Below, piece by piece: positions 24,562-39,073 of a stretch of 64,000 nt of DNA. Made by a program: the position numbers and the translations under genes. The notes under the pieces were generated by a model, which did no database searches, was not told the origin of the DNA, and saw nothing but the letters and a program-made list of their open reading frames with translations. This stretch comes from Octopus vulgaris (Eukaryota): assembly GCA_951406725.2 (NCBI GenBank), contig OX597820.1, positions 18,724,001 through 18,788,000 of the forward strand. The letters are read 5' to 3'. Position 1 is the first letter of the stretch; every line of letters starts with the position of its first letter.

Positions 24562-25351
24562 TTGGGTTGTCCGGAAAGTTTGTGCCAATTTTTAAAGGAA
24601 AGAAAAAGGTTAATAAATACTTGCCATTACATTTCTAATCAACCAAATAAGAACCATTTTGTTGCACAATGCGTTTTCATCTTACCTTTAACTTGAAAAT
24701 ACCCTCTTCCCAGAATTGAGGTGGTTTCATGGCAAAGAATTCATCAAGGTATCTTTGTGGAAATCCGAAGGAGCAATATCTGGTGAATATGAAGGGTGGG
24801 GTAACACATCCCAGCCGAGCTGCAGTAATTTTTCTCTGGTTCCCAAAGAAACGTGTGATCTTGCATTATCATGTTGGAAAACAACACCCTTCCTGTTGAC
24901 CAATTCTGGACATTTCTCTTGCATTGCAGCTTTTAACTCGTCCACTTGTGTGCAGTATTTCTCAGAATTAATTGTCTGGTTACTTGGGAGAAGTTCATAG
25001 TACAGAATTCCTTTCCAATCCCAACAGACACAAAGTAAGACTTTATTAGGGTGAAGGCCCACTTTTGGGGTGGCTAAGGGTGGCTCATGTCACTTACTCC
25101 AGGATTGCTTTCTCTGAACATTTCAGTAGATAATCCATTTCTCATCACATGAACTTTCTTATCTTCCATTTTAAAGGGTTACAGAATTAACACAGGTTAT
25201 AGGAACATAAACCTTCTTCCATGAAAAGATAGCTTAAACTGTGCTCTAAATGGAGGTGTAGTCAAATCCTATTTTATGGACTCAACCATGTTCTAAAATA
25301 AGTTGAAAGGTAAGCTACTATAAATCGGCACAAACATTCTAGACAACCCAA
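24562..25351 (-). mobile_element. Mariner DNA transposon, second family, deleted
   Basis: TIRs ttgggttgtccggaaagtttgtgcc / ggcacaaacattctagacaacccaa with TA flanks; ORF 24727-25062 has VLLCVCWDWKG, FQHDNARSH and HPSYSPDIAPSDFH. Confidence 0.92.
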
Positions 25352-25397
25352 TATAATTTTTTTCCCTATACTTTTAGTTATATCTTTAGTTCAGGTG

Positions 25398-26043
25398 GCG
25401 GAGGTACGTGGCTTAGTGGTTAGGGTGTCAGCATCATGATCATAAGATTGTGGTTTCGATTCCAGGACCAGGCGACGCGTTGTGTTCTTGAGCAAAACAC
25501 TTCATTTCAAGTTACTCCAGTCCACTCAGCTGGCAAAAGTGAGTAACGCTGTGATGGACCGGTGTCCCGTCCAGCTGGGGAACACATATGCCATTGAAAC
25601 CGGGAAACTGGTCCCATAATCCTAGCTAGGCTTTAAAAGGGTGCATTTATTTGTTGAGGAATGTGGCTTAGTGGTTAGGGTGTCAGCATCATGATTGTAA
25701 GATTGTGGTTTCGATTCCTGGACTGGCGACGCGTTGTGTTCTTGAGCAAAACACTTCATTTCACGTTGCTCCAGCCCACTCAGCTGGCAAAAGTGAGTAA
25801 CGCTGTGATGGACTGGCGTCCCGTCCAGCTGGGGAACACATACACCATTGAAACCAGGAAACCAGGCCCATGAGCCTGGCTAGGCTTTAAAAGGGAGCAA
25901 AACACTTCATTTCACGTTGCTCCAGTCCACTCAGCTGGCAAAAATGAGTAATGCTGCGATGGACTGGCATCCCGTCCAGCTGGAGAACACATATGCCACA
26001 GAAACTGGGAAACCGGGCCCACGAGCCTGGCTAGGCTTTAAAA
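25398..26043 (+). mobile_element. Tandem array (about 2.6 copies) of a family C-related tRNA SINE
   Basis: gtggcttagtggttagggtgtcagcatc...ctaggctttaaaagg repeated head to tail; single copy at 55998-56245. Confidence 0.85.
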
Positions 26044-26538
26044 AGGACACATTAGTTCAGGTGTGCTGCCGGATTTTGAAAGGAATATAAAAGTGTACCA
26101 CAAGTGAAAAAAAGGTTGTGAAGCATTGGTTTATATCACAGATTTACTGTTTTACTTTCCTCTCATAAAAATCTTTGTACAGATTGTGATTCATGTTTTA
26201 TTTATTTATGATACTAAAGTGGACACTAATTTATCTGAATTTCTGTGTTTGTCTGAATATAAGTGAGTTATATAAAGATCAACAAAAGCATGCACACTTG
26301 CATGTATGTGTGCAAGAGTGTGCACAAGTGTGTATGTGTGTGTGTGCTTGTGTGTGCACGCTTGGTGTTATGTTTTAAAAGCAAGTTGAATTCGTTTCTA
26401 AATCGTAAGTATACTAAAGTACAAATATCATTTATATTACTTGTTTTGGTATAGTTAGAGTCAAAACTTTTAGAATTTAATATGACACTTTCACTGAGGG
26501 AGAAAATTTTCTTTTTTCTTCAAAACATCAGAATGTTA

Positions 26539-26609
<71 letters not shown>

Positions 26610-27000
26610 GCCTCTCTCTCAGATCTAAATTATATACTAACATGAATAATATTGCTTTTAAGATTTAGTCAAATACTTCCTGGGTAAACTGGGGGGTTCT
26701 ATTTTCGTTTTTCTCTTTTTTTTGTTTGTAATGTGATAAATTTTAGTCATATATATATGTCTATATGTATATATGTAAGTATGTATGTATGTATGTATGT
26801 ATGTATGTATGTATGTATGTATGTATGTATGTATGTATAATAGACAATAAATTTCCTCCTAATCAGGAACCATACAGACATTGTGTCTAGAATTTATATC
26901 CAACAAAGTAATTTTATTGATTTAATAAAAGAAATATTTCTTTTTTTTTATGTATCTTTATTTGATCATCTACAGATGAATTATATAAAATACTTACATG

Positions 27001-27034
<34 letters not shown>

Positions 27035-27440
27035 TGTATGTATGTATGTATGTATGTATGTATGTACAGACTGCAAAAAATATCAGAATTAAATGTCCCA
27101 ATTTCTATCAAATTTTGAAATACTCAACAAGCCAACTGTGGATAAAATTCAAATTCATCTCAAGAAAAGTCATCATCTGAAATTTTTTTAACATGTCTTG
27201 TAAAAGCTCCAGGTTCGATTTACAACAATTAGTCAAAAGGAATATTTGAATTGAAGCTCTACAGGCATAGGTGTGGCTTGCTTACGTAAGTAGCTTGCTT
27301 ACGAAACGCATGGTTCCGGGTTCAGTCCCACTGTGTGGAACCTTGGGCAAGTGTCTTCTACTATAGCCTCGGGCTGACCAAAGCCTTGTGAGTGGATTTG
27401 GTAGACGGAAACTGAAAGAAGCCCATCGTATATATGTGTG

Positions 27441-27487
<47 letters not shown>

Positions 27488-27800
27488 GTGTGTGCATGTG
27501 TTTGTGTGTCTGTGTTTCTCCCTCAACATCGCTTGACAACCGATGGTGGTGTGTTTACGTCCCTGTAACTTAGCGGTTTAGCAAAAGTGACCGATAGAAT
27601 AAGTACTAGGCTTACAGAGAATAAGTCCTGGCATCAATTGGCTCGACTAAAGGCAGTGCTCCAGCATTGCCACAGTCAAATGACTGAAACAAGTAAAAGA
27701 GTAAAAGAGAGTAAGAGTATATCTTTCGGTGTTTATCTTTTGCTTGTTTCAATCATTGGACAGTGGCCATGCTGGGGCATTGCCATTAAAGGGTTTAGTC

Positions 27801-29035
27801 CAGTGGTCCTCAACCGGGTCTTATATGGCCCCTGAGGGTCCATATAAGATTTCTGGGGACTTAAGCAACAAAATAGAAAATTGGAGATCCACAATAGTAA
27901 TTTAAGGATCCCTAAAAAAGTTTGTTTTAGATGTATATATACTGGTATGTATTGCAAGAAATAGCTTGGTTTCTTTCTCTAACATTTTACATGGTGCAAC
28001 CTACACAAGATAGCTATGGAGGTCCACCAGAATAACACAGTAATCAAAGGGGTCCACACAATAAAATAGCAAATTGGAGATCCACAATAGTATTTTAAAG
28101 ACCACTGAAAAAATTTTGATTTAGATGTATATATTGGTATTTATTGCAAGAAACTGTTAGGTTTCTTTCTCTAACATTTTAAATTGTTCAACCTACACAA
28201 GTTAATGAGTGAAAAACAAAATTAGAATTTTGAAAGAAGTTTCTATGAAACTAGTTTTAAACATCAAAATAGCTATGGGGGTCCACCAGAATAAAATAAT
28301 AATCAAAGGGGCCCACAGATAAAAAACGGTTGAGAACCTGAAGAAATACTGCACTAGATTGTATGTCTTGGTATGCATTGCAAGAAATTGTTAGGTTTCT
28401 TTCCTTAACATTTTATATGATTCAATCTACGCAAGTTGTGTGAAAAACAAAATAGGAATTTTGAAAGAAGTTTCTATGAAACTAGTTTCAAACATCAAAA
28501 TAGCTATGGGGGTCCACCAGAATAAAATAGAAATCAAAGGGGGCCATAGGTTAAAAATGGTTGAGAACCTGAAGAATTTTTGCTTTCGATGTATGTCTTG
28601 GTACGTATTGCAAGAAACAGCCAGGTTTCTTAGTCTAACATTTTACATAGTTCAACCTACAAAAGTGAATGGTGTGAAAAACAAAATAGGGATTTTGAAA
28701 GAAATTTCTATAAAATTAGATTTTAAACATCGAATGGCTATGGGGTCCATCATAATAAAATAATAATCAAAAGGGTCCATAGATAAAGATGGTTGAGAAC
28801 CCCTTTATTTTGATGTATGTCTTGGTATATATTGTAAGAAACAGCTGGGTTTCTATGTCTAACATTTTACGTAGTTCAACCTACACAGGTTAATGTGGGA
28901 AAAAGAAAATAGGAATTTTGAAAGAAGTTTCTATAAAATTAGATTTTAAACACCGAATGGCTATGGTGGGGTTCCACCAGAATAAAACAGTAATCAAAGG
29001 GGTCCTTGGATAAAAGAAATGGTTGAGAACCCCTG
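27801..29035. mobile_element. hAT-type MITE with internal tandem amplification
   Basis: Termini cagtggtcctcaacc / ggttgagaacccctg, perfect 8-bp TSD gtttagtc (27793-27800 and 29036-29043), about 231-bp internal repeats; interrupts a minus-strand family A SINE. Confidence 0.88.
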
Positions 29036-29893
29036 GTTTAGTCAAACAGATTGTCTCTTGTAGTCTTTTTGTTGTTTTTTTTAACACATAGTACTTATTC
29101 TATCAGCCTCTATTGCCAAACCACAAAGTTACAGGGACATAAACAAACCAACAAACCAACAAACCGATCTTGGTATTTTACTACCACAGCTATCATCCCC
29201 TAAATAACACACAACATTACCCAGCTTAGCCCTTTTCCCTTTTATTGCCATGTGTCTGTGGAAATTACTATGTTTGCTTCTTTGTAAGCCTAGTACTTAT
29301 TCTATTGGTCTCTGTTGCTGAACTGCTAAGTTACGGAGACGCAAACACACCAACATCAGTTGTCAAGCGATGGTGGGGGGACAAACACAGATACAAAGAC
29401 ACACATAAACACATACATACACACACACACACATATATACGACAGGCTTCTTTCAGTTTCCATCTACCAAATCCTCTCACAAGGCTTTGGTCAGCCCGAG
29501 GCTACAGTAGAAAACACTTGCCCAAAGTGTCACACAGTGGGCAAGTGTCTTCTACTATAGCCTCAGGCCAAGCAAAACGTTGTGAGTGGATTTGGTAGAT
29601 GGAAACTGAAAGAAGCCTGTTGTATATATATATATATATATATATCATTAAGAACTGAAAGCACTTGCACATTCATAAAAGCAAAGCCTACACACATTTT
29701 GTGAAATCTCTTCCCTGGGCACAGGAGTGGCTGTGTGGTAAGTAGCTTGCTTACCAATCACATGACTCCGAGTTCAGTCCCACTGTGTGGCACCTTGGGC
29801 AAGAGTCTTCTACTATAGCCTCGGGCCAACCAAAGCCTTGTGAGTGGATTTGGTAGACAGAAACTGAAAGAAGCCTGTCATATAAATATATAT

Positions 29894-30194
29894 AGCCTGG
29901 GCTTCAGAGGTCCACAGCTCTTCAATAACCTCCCGAAGGACCTGAGAGACCTGCAGATGCAGATGTCTTTAAAATAAAGCTGGACCTCTTCCTGTCAGGT
30001 GTCCCAGATGAACCAACTTCACGGCAAGAGGTGCTGATGAGGGCAGCTGCATCAAACTCTCCCATGCACCAAATGTCAATTACTAAAAAGCATTCGTGAA
30101 GTAAAATCATGTAGCAACACCAAATAACGGTGCCCCAGCATGGCCACAGCACGTGAGCTGAAACTAAATGAAATGGAATTAAATTAAATGAAAT
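29894..30194 (+). mobile_element. 3' end of a CR1/L2-group LINE nested in a family A SINE
   Basis: SLGFRGPQLFNNLPKDLRDL...DVFKIKLDLFLSGVPDEP followed by a short 3'UTR and an (AAATT/AAATG)-like tail. Confidence 0.75.
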
Positions 30195-31299
30195 ATGTGT
30201 GTGTGTGTATGTTTGTGTGTCTGTGTTTGTCCACCCAACATCGCTTGATAACCGATGCTGGTGTGTTTATGTCCCCATAACTTAGCGGTTCGGCAAAAGA
30301 GACCGATAGAATTAGTACTAGGCTTACAAAGAATAAGTCCTGGGGTCTATTTGCTCGACTAAAAAAGGCGGTGCTCCAGCATGGCCGCAGTCAAATGACT
30401 GAAACAAGTAAAAGAGTAAGCAGACAGGTAAGATAAAGATAGTGGCAGAAAATGTAAAAAGACTGGGATTCCTTGCAATTTCCTGTAGATGGATGTCAAA
30501 TAATTTTGGATCCAGTGTAGCAGTTGGTGTTATAGATATATATATATTTTTTTTAATTTGCCTGGATGAGATCGAAAGATATTTATCAAGCAGGAATAAA
30601 TGCTTACAGAAATTTAAAATTAAACTGAAATTAATTTAACGACTTATGGAGATTATGATTAAAAATAGGAAATACACTTAACAAAAAAAAAAAATTTCGT
30701 TTTCTGTTTTTTTGATTTTTTAAATTTTATTTTATTCATTTATTTTATTTATGTTTTTTTTTGTTTGTTTTTTTAATAGGAAAATATATTCTACAATATT
30801 TATCTAAAGTAACATATCAACATTGGCAGAAAAGGGAAAACTATAAGCTCGAAAACTGAAGGATAAAAAATTTGTGTGAAATATTCATCAATACAACGTT
30901 TCTAATTGGAAAGATGGTTTCTTGGAACAGCTTTCTTTTCTTTTTTCTTTTTCTTTTTCTTTTTTTTTTTTTTTACCTTTTCGGGCTGTACAGAATTAAT
31001 TAATAAGTTTACGAGAAATGATGATGAACCATAAAGTTACTTAATACTCGAATGGATGAAACACATCGAAGTGAAGAGAGGAAAATTGCTCAAAAATTTG
31101 AAAAAACCAATCCACATTGATACAAATATACACACAAAAAAAAATGTTTCACATCAAACACACTGTAATACCTTAACTAATTAAAATTTATAACTCTTTT
31201 AATAAAATAGTAAAAAAAAATAATAATAAAATAAATATTTTTCTTTTACCAGTATACGTGAATTTATATGCATACATACATATATATTATATATACATA

Positions 31300-31357
<58 letters not shown>

Positions 31358-31395
31358 TTTGTTTTATATATCTATATCTATATCTATATCTATAC

Positions 31396-31531
<136 letters not shown>

Positions 31532-32279
31532 GTATAGATATAGATATAGATATAGATATATAAAACAAAAGGACATAAAAATAAATAAATACACTGAGTG
31601 CAGGGTAAGATGACAATTACAAAGAGTGCATCAAATAGGCACCTCTAAACCTAAACTCAATTACCTGTGTGTCTGTGTGTGTAATCCATTGCATCTTTGA
31701 GGCATCGTAAAGGAAATTGTCTTGTTGAGAATTTGGAACAATTCAGCTTACAGAATCCACAACTCTCTAAACCCTTTTGTTAATATATTTCTGTTGAAAG
31801 ACATTTCCTTTTTCTTGAAGAATTTTCATCATCATCATCATCATCATCGTCGTCGTTTAATGTTCGCTTTCCAGGCTCCAATCTGATCTGGGAAAGTTTC
31901 TGCAGCTGGGTGCCCTTCCTAATGCCAACCACTCCGAGAGTGTAGTGGGTGCTTTTACATGCCACCAGCATGAGGGCCAGTCAGGTGGTACTGGGTTGTT
32001 GCCTGTGAGCAGGTGTAGTAGGGAATCACCAACAAATGGGGGATGCAGCAATGCGCCCTTACAGTGCATGCCCCTATATTGTTACTACCATAATGCAGGA
32101 AGTTTGTGTTACAAAACCAAATACATTCTCAGATGGGTTGGTATCAAAAGATTTAAACTGTATTCTTAACAGGATTTGAATTCAGTTCTGTAAAATAGAA
32201 ATATTTCAAAGACTATCTGAAATAAACTCGACTGCTCTCACAAACAGGAATACTAAAAATGAACGTGACTACTCTCAAA

Positions 32280-32500
32280 GATTAAGTAAAAAAGCAGGAA
32301 GAATAATTCAGAATCCTTGTCCAGTACTGGATCGATCCCAAAAATCTAATCAGGTTGTGCCATTCACAAGGCCAAACATCCCTGAAAGTTTCATCCGAAT
32401 CCATCCAGTTGTTCTTGAGATATCTTATCCACAGACAAATAAACAAACAAACAAACACAACTGAAAACAATACCTCTGCCTTTGCTAAGGCCGAAGTAAC
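32280..32500 (-). mobile_element. Possible Helentron-associated non-autonomous element fragment
   Basis: Minus strand ttacttcggccttagcaaaggcagaggta hairpin, a (GTTT) microsatellite and ggattcggatgaaactt, similar to the Helitron interior at about 20095. Confidence 0.4.
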
Positions 32501-32565
32501 TGGCTGGACCCATGAAAAGATTCATGGATAATTCAAATATCATCCAATGAATAGTTATCATTTAA

Positions 32566-32786
32566 CCCTTTTGTTACCGTATTTATTTTGATATGCTCTG
32601 TGTTTCTTTCAATTATTTTAGATATAACAAAGAATTTAGTAAAATAACTTAGTTATCATTAAGCTAGTGTTGGGAACATAAATTGTGACTAAGGTTTGGT
32701 GGAAGATTTTGATTACAACCTTATGAAAACAAGACATTTGTATTACAAAGCCAGAGCCAGTTTCAGCCAGGTTAGTATCAAAAGGG
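32566..32786. mobile_element. piggyBac-type MITE
   Basis: TTAA|ccctttt...aaaaggg|TTAA; same family in reverse orientation at 58412-58633 and 58665-58916. Confidence 0.85.
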
Positions 32787-33618
32787 TTAATCAAAATTGT
32801 TTAATTTGCACTATTTTGGTTATTGAAAATTTCTATTATCCTTTATGTTATATTTATTAATAATATAAATATATATTAAGTTGTTGTGTGAAAGTCGTAT
32901 GTTAAATACATCCATTACAGCACTTTGCTATGTACAATGTTTCTAGTGTAGGTGATTCCCTTTTTGCAGCCATGAGTGGTTTCGTTTTGAGGTATCACTT
33001 TAACCCTCACATTATCCATCGCTCTTGCACTTGAAAAATCTACATAAAGCTGGCTATGAGTGAAGCATGGCTGTGGCAAGTGTATGCCAGCTCTATCTTT
33101 GTTCTGAGTTCAAATTCCATCAAGGTTGATGTTGCCTTTCATCCCTTCAGGGTTGATAAAATAAGTACCAGTTGGGTACTGGGGTTCAAAGTAGGCAGCT
33201 TGCTCTCTGCTCCAAATTACCAGCCTTGTGCCAAAATTTGAAACCATTATTGTTGTTGTTGTTGATGATGATGATGATGTATGCCAGCTCTATCGAATGT
33301 TTGCCCCTGTGCTTTATTGATTGTCATTGAGTAGGGTGTGTCTTAATGATTCTGCCAGCTCACAGCCTTCAGTAATAATAAAAACGATGGGAATAATAAT
33401 TCTTTCCACATTCTTTTATTCTTTTACTCTTACTTGTCTCAATCATTTGACTGTGGCCATGCTGGAGCACCGCCTTTAGTCGAGCAAATCAACCCCAGGA
33501 CTTATTCTTTGTAAGCATAGTACTTATTCTATCGGTCTCTTTTGCCGAACTGCTAAGTTACAGGGGATGTAAACACACCAGCATCGGTTGTCAAGCGATG
33601 TTGGGGGGACAAACACAG

Positions 33619-33689
<71 letters not shown>

Positions 33690-34220
33690 CAATGAGTTTC
33701 TTTCAGTTTCTGTCTACCAAATCCACTCAGAAGGCTTTGGTCAGCCTGAGGCTATAGTAGAAGACACTTGCCCAAGGTGCCACGCAGTGGGACTGAACCC
33801 GGAACCATGTAGCTGGTAAGCAAGCTACTTACCACAAGCACAAAGCTGGGTATTTTGGTGGGGGAAGTAAGCTGGTCACATCAACCCCAGTATTCAACTG
33901 GTACTTATTTTATCAACCCCAAAAAGATGATGGGCAAAATCAACTTTGGTAGAATTTGAACTCAGAATGTAAAGATGGACAAAAGGCTGCTAAGCATTCT
34001 TGTATGGCATGCTAATGATAATAATAACCAATAATAATAATGACCTGAATCTCTGCAAAATTCTTGCTTTGTGAATTATGTTCCAAACATTCTGCTTAAA
34101 TAGAAGATCATTTCACAATTTTACAAATAACAGAGGAAACAGGAAACACATGTTCCATTTAGTTCTTCTGCAACAAGAATGGAGATACAAAAACAAAAAC
34201 GGAAATAAAATAATAATAAA

Positions 34221-34273
<53 letters not shown>

Positions 34274-34406
34274 CAACAATAATAATAATAATAATAATAA
34301 TAACAATAATAACAACAACAACAACAACAATAATAATAATAATGATAATAATGATAATAATAATAACAAAAATAATAATAATAACAACAACAACAATAAC
34401 AATAAC

Positions 34407-34453
<47 letters not shown>

Positions 34454-34457
34454 CAAA

Positions 34458-34490
<33 letters not shown>

Positions 34491-35317
34491 GGTCTCAAGT
34501 TTCAAATTTTCTGGGTGTGACCACGTATTATGAATGGCAGCAGCCTTTTACATTTTACATGTGCTGGGTTTAGGGGTTTGGGGCTGGTAGAAATCAATAC
34601 GGCACTTTCCATAATTAGGGAGCCATATGCCTGTCTTCCTTTCTCCTACGTCCTTAAACTTATTAGCATTTTAATGTATAGTCTTGGAAGGACTGGTGTC
34701 AGCCAAAAGTCTTTTTTATGGGCATCGCATGTGAAGTTCCTGTTTTCGTTAGCGGTTTCTTTTTGTTTTTTTTTGCCTTATTTTTTCAATTTTATTTATT
34801 TTATTTTTTTTGGCAATTAATGCTTTATTTCAGTTTCCTGTTGATTAAAATGCACCACCTTCTTCATGTACTCTTATCATTATTATTATTGTTGGTCGTT
34901 AGGGTAGCAAATTGGCTGAATCGTTAGCACTCTGGGCGAAATGCTTAACTGTATTTCATCTGGCACTATGTTCTGAGTTAAAATTCTGCCAAGGTCAACT
35001 TTGCCTTTCATCCTTTCAGAGTCAATAAATTAAGTACCAGTTGTGTACTGGAGTCAATTTAATTGACTGGCCCCCTCCCCCAAAGTTTCAGGCCTTGTGC
35101 CTAGAGTAGAAAAGAACCATTAGCATGCCGGGCGAAATGCTTAGTGATATTTTGTCTGGCACCATGTTCTGAGTTCAAATTCCACCAAGGTCGACTTTGC
35201 CTTTCATCCTCTTGGGGTCGATAAATTAAGTACCAGTAAAACACTGGGGTCGATGTAATCAATTATCCCCTCCCCCAAATTTCAGGCCTTGTGCCTATAG
35301 TAGAAAGGATTATTATT

Positions 35318-35352
<35 letters not shown>

Positions 35353-35727
35353 TATTATTATAATTATTACTAATTTTTATTGAGGCAGTGAGGTGGCAGA
35401 ATCGTTAGCATGTCAAGCAAAACGCTTAGTGACATTTCATCCGTATTTAAATCCTGAGTTCAAATTCTGCCAAGGTTGACGTTGCTTTTTATACTTTTAG
35501 GGTTGAAAAAAAAAGTACCAGTTGTGTATCGGGGTCGATGTAATCAACTAGTCTCTTTCCTGTAGCTTGTAGCCCCAGGAGGAAACCTCCTCCAGCTGGC
35601 TACTGACACACTTTCCGTGCCCTATCACTATTTGCAAAGGGAAGCCATATTTCCCATCTTCAATCTGAAGATATTTCCCATCTTCAATCTGAAGATATTT
35701 CCCATATTTCCCATCTTCAATCTGATA

Positions 35728-35772
35728 CACACGGACTCAAGTTTCTGGGTATTGACCCGTCATCAGCATGTG
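35728..35772 (-). ncRNA. Minimal type I hammerhead ribozyme motif
   Basis: Minus strand cacatg CTGATGA cGGGT caat ACCCa GAAA CTTGAG TC cgtgtg: 6-bp stem I, intact core, near-palindromic stem III, GUC site. Confidence 0.75.
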
Positions 35773-35895
35773 ACAATCACCGATTGTCAATGAAATATGG
35801 GTTCCCTTTGCAAATACATATATCCTTTTTCCAGTGCCGAAAAGTCACTGATATCGAAAAAGTGTAAACGAGCAATAATAAATCTCTGAACGAGG

Positions 35896-36450
<555 letters not shown>

Positions 36451-38195
36451 ACAGGCTTCTTTCAGTTTCCGTCTACCAAATCCACTCGCAAGGCTTTGGT
36501 TGGCCCGAGGCTATAGTAGAAGACACTTGCTTAAGGTGCTACGCAGTGGGACTGAACCTGAAACCATGTGGTTGGTAGGCAAGCTACTTACCACACAGCC
36601 ACTCCTGCACCTAAAACTTTCATCAAAACTTCATTTCAATTTTTGTTCTAAACAACAGTTCAATAAAGACAGTTATTTTACAAAATTCTTCACTTTTTTT
36701 CAAAATTAACCAAAACAAACGTATAGTATTTCAACAGAAATATATGGAAGTATAAAAGAGTTAAGAAGGCAATTATTAACTGAATTTCCAACTCGCAAGG
36801 AGGTCCGCTCATGTCCTTGTTGGCAGCGGTCATTTGAAAAGTGGTAAATCGATTATCACAGTAACAACAAAATTCTTCTTTCAAGACATTGGGTTAGATT
36901 TCAAACTGCTAAAATCTAAACCTAAGGCAATAGCTATAACATCAGACACACCGATGGAAGCATCGGATGACAAAGATGAATAATCAAAAGGACACATCTC
37001 TATATAATCAATAACTCCATGAACTGAATGACTCTCACCATTGCTTAGTTCATTTGCTTTACATTGATTTTATTCGGTGCTAGCATGGGTCGGACAGTTC
37101 CTTATTATCGAGGCAATGTTTTACGACCGAATGTCATTCCTGTTATTAATCTTTCAGCAGCTTTTTCACAGGAAAAAGTGGCCTTTTATTTCACTTGTCT
37201 TTGAAAGTGCAAACTTACAGGATGGTTTGTTGACTGGTTGTGTCAGCATAACGTCACTTATTTTGCCCTGCGTGGTTTCATGCAAACATGCGGAATGTAA
37301 CGCACATGCAAATATGCGCAGCTGTGTGGTAAGAAGCTTGCTTCTCAACCACATGGTTCTTGGTTCAATCCCACTGCGTGGCAACATGGGCAAAGGCCTT
37401 CTACAATAGCATTCGGCTGACTGAAGTCTTATAAGTGGATTCGGTATATGGAAACTGAAAGAAGCCTGTCATGTATGTGTGAGTGCATGTGTGTATGCGT
37501 GCGTGTGTGTGTGTATTTGTATGTATATATCTGTGTGTGTCTTTGTGTCCATATTTGTCCTTCCCCGCTGCTTGACAACCAGTGTTGGGACATTTATGTC
37601 CCTGTAACTTAGCAGTTCAGCAAAAGAAACCAATACAACAAGTGCTAGGCTTAAAATGATAAGTACTGGGATGGGGGATTGATTCATGTGACAAAAAAAC
37701 AAAAAAACAATTCTAAAAGGAGGTGCCCCAGCATGGTCACAGTCTGATAACTGTAACGAGTAAAAGATAAAAGATAAAAGGTACCTTTTACTTGTTTCAG
37801 TCAGTAGACTACGACCATGCTGGGGCACTGCCTTAAAGAATTTTAGCTGAATGAACCAAGCCTTACTGTTTTGTTTTTAACCAAGGTACTTATTTCATCA
37901 GAAACTTTTGACAAACCACTAAGTCAGAAAGTTACAGGAAACTAAACACACTGATACCAGTCATCAAGCAGTGGTTGGGAACAAACACAGGCACAAAGAC
38001 ACACACACACATATATATACGACGGGCTTCTTTCAGTTTCCATCTACCAAATCCACTGACAAGGCTTTGGTCGACCTGAAGCTATAGTAGAAGACACTTG
38101 CCCAAGGTCTCATTCAGTGAGACTGAACCTGGAACCATGTTGGAAGCAAACTGTTTACTACACAGTCACACCTGTGCTTATATATATATACATAC

Positions 38196-38233
<38 letters not shown>

Positions 38234-39073
38234 ATAGGCGTAGGAGTGGCTGTGTGGTAAGTAGCTTGCGTGGCACCTTGGGCAAGTGTCTTCTACTATA
38301 GCCTTGGGTCATCCAAAGCCTTGTGAGTGGAAATAGTAGACAGAAACTGAAAGAAGCCTGTCATATATATGTGTGTGTGTGTGTTTGTGTGTGTCTGTGT
38401 TTGTCCCCCCAGCATCGCTTGACAACCAATGCCGGTGTGTTTACATCCCCATAACTTAGTGGTTCAGCAAAAGAGACCAATAGAATAAGTATTAGGCTTA
38501 CAAAGAATAAGTCCAGGGGTCGATTTCATCGACTAAAGGCGGTGCTCCAGCATGGCCACAGTCAAATGACTGAAACAAGTAAAAGTATATGTATATGTGT
38601 GAAGGTGCGTGGTTTAGTGGTTAGGGCATTCGGCACACAAGTGTAAGGTCTTGAGTTCAATTCCCACCGACGTGTTGTGTCCTTGAGCAAGAAACTTTAT
38701 TTCATGTTGCTCCAGTCCACTCAGCTGGCAAAAGTGAGTAGTACCTGTATTTCAAAGGGCCAGCCTTGTTACACTGTCACGTTAAATCTCCCTGAGAACT
38801 AAGTTAAGGGTACACGTGTCTGTGGTGTGCTCAGCCACTTGCACGTTAATTTCACAAGTAGGCTGTTCCATTGATCGTATCAGCTGGGACCCTCGTCATC
38901 GTAACCAATGGAGTGTTCCTCCTCATGTGTGTATATGTATGTAAATATACATGTATATGTATGTATATATATGTATGTATGTGTATGTGTATTTATATGT
39001 ATGTATGTTTGTATTTGTATACATATGTATATGTATATGTATGTGTGTATGTACGTATGTATATATATATATA

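Noticed and set aside
36780-36983. 68-codon open frame on the + strand (LNFQLARRS...ASDDKDE*)
   Set aside because: No start or convincing acceptor and no recognisable motif
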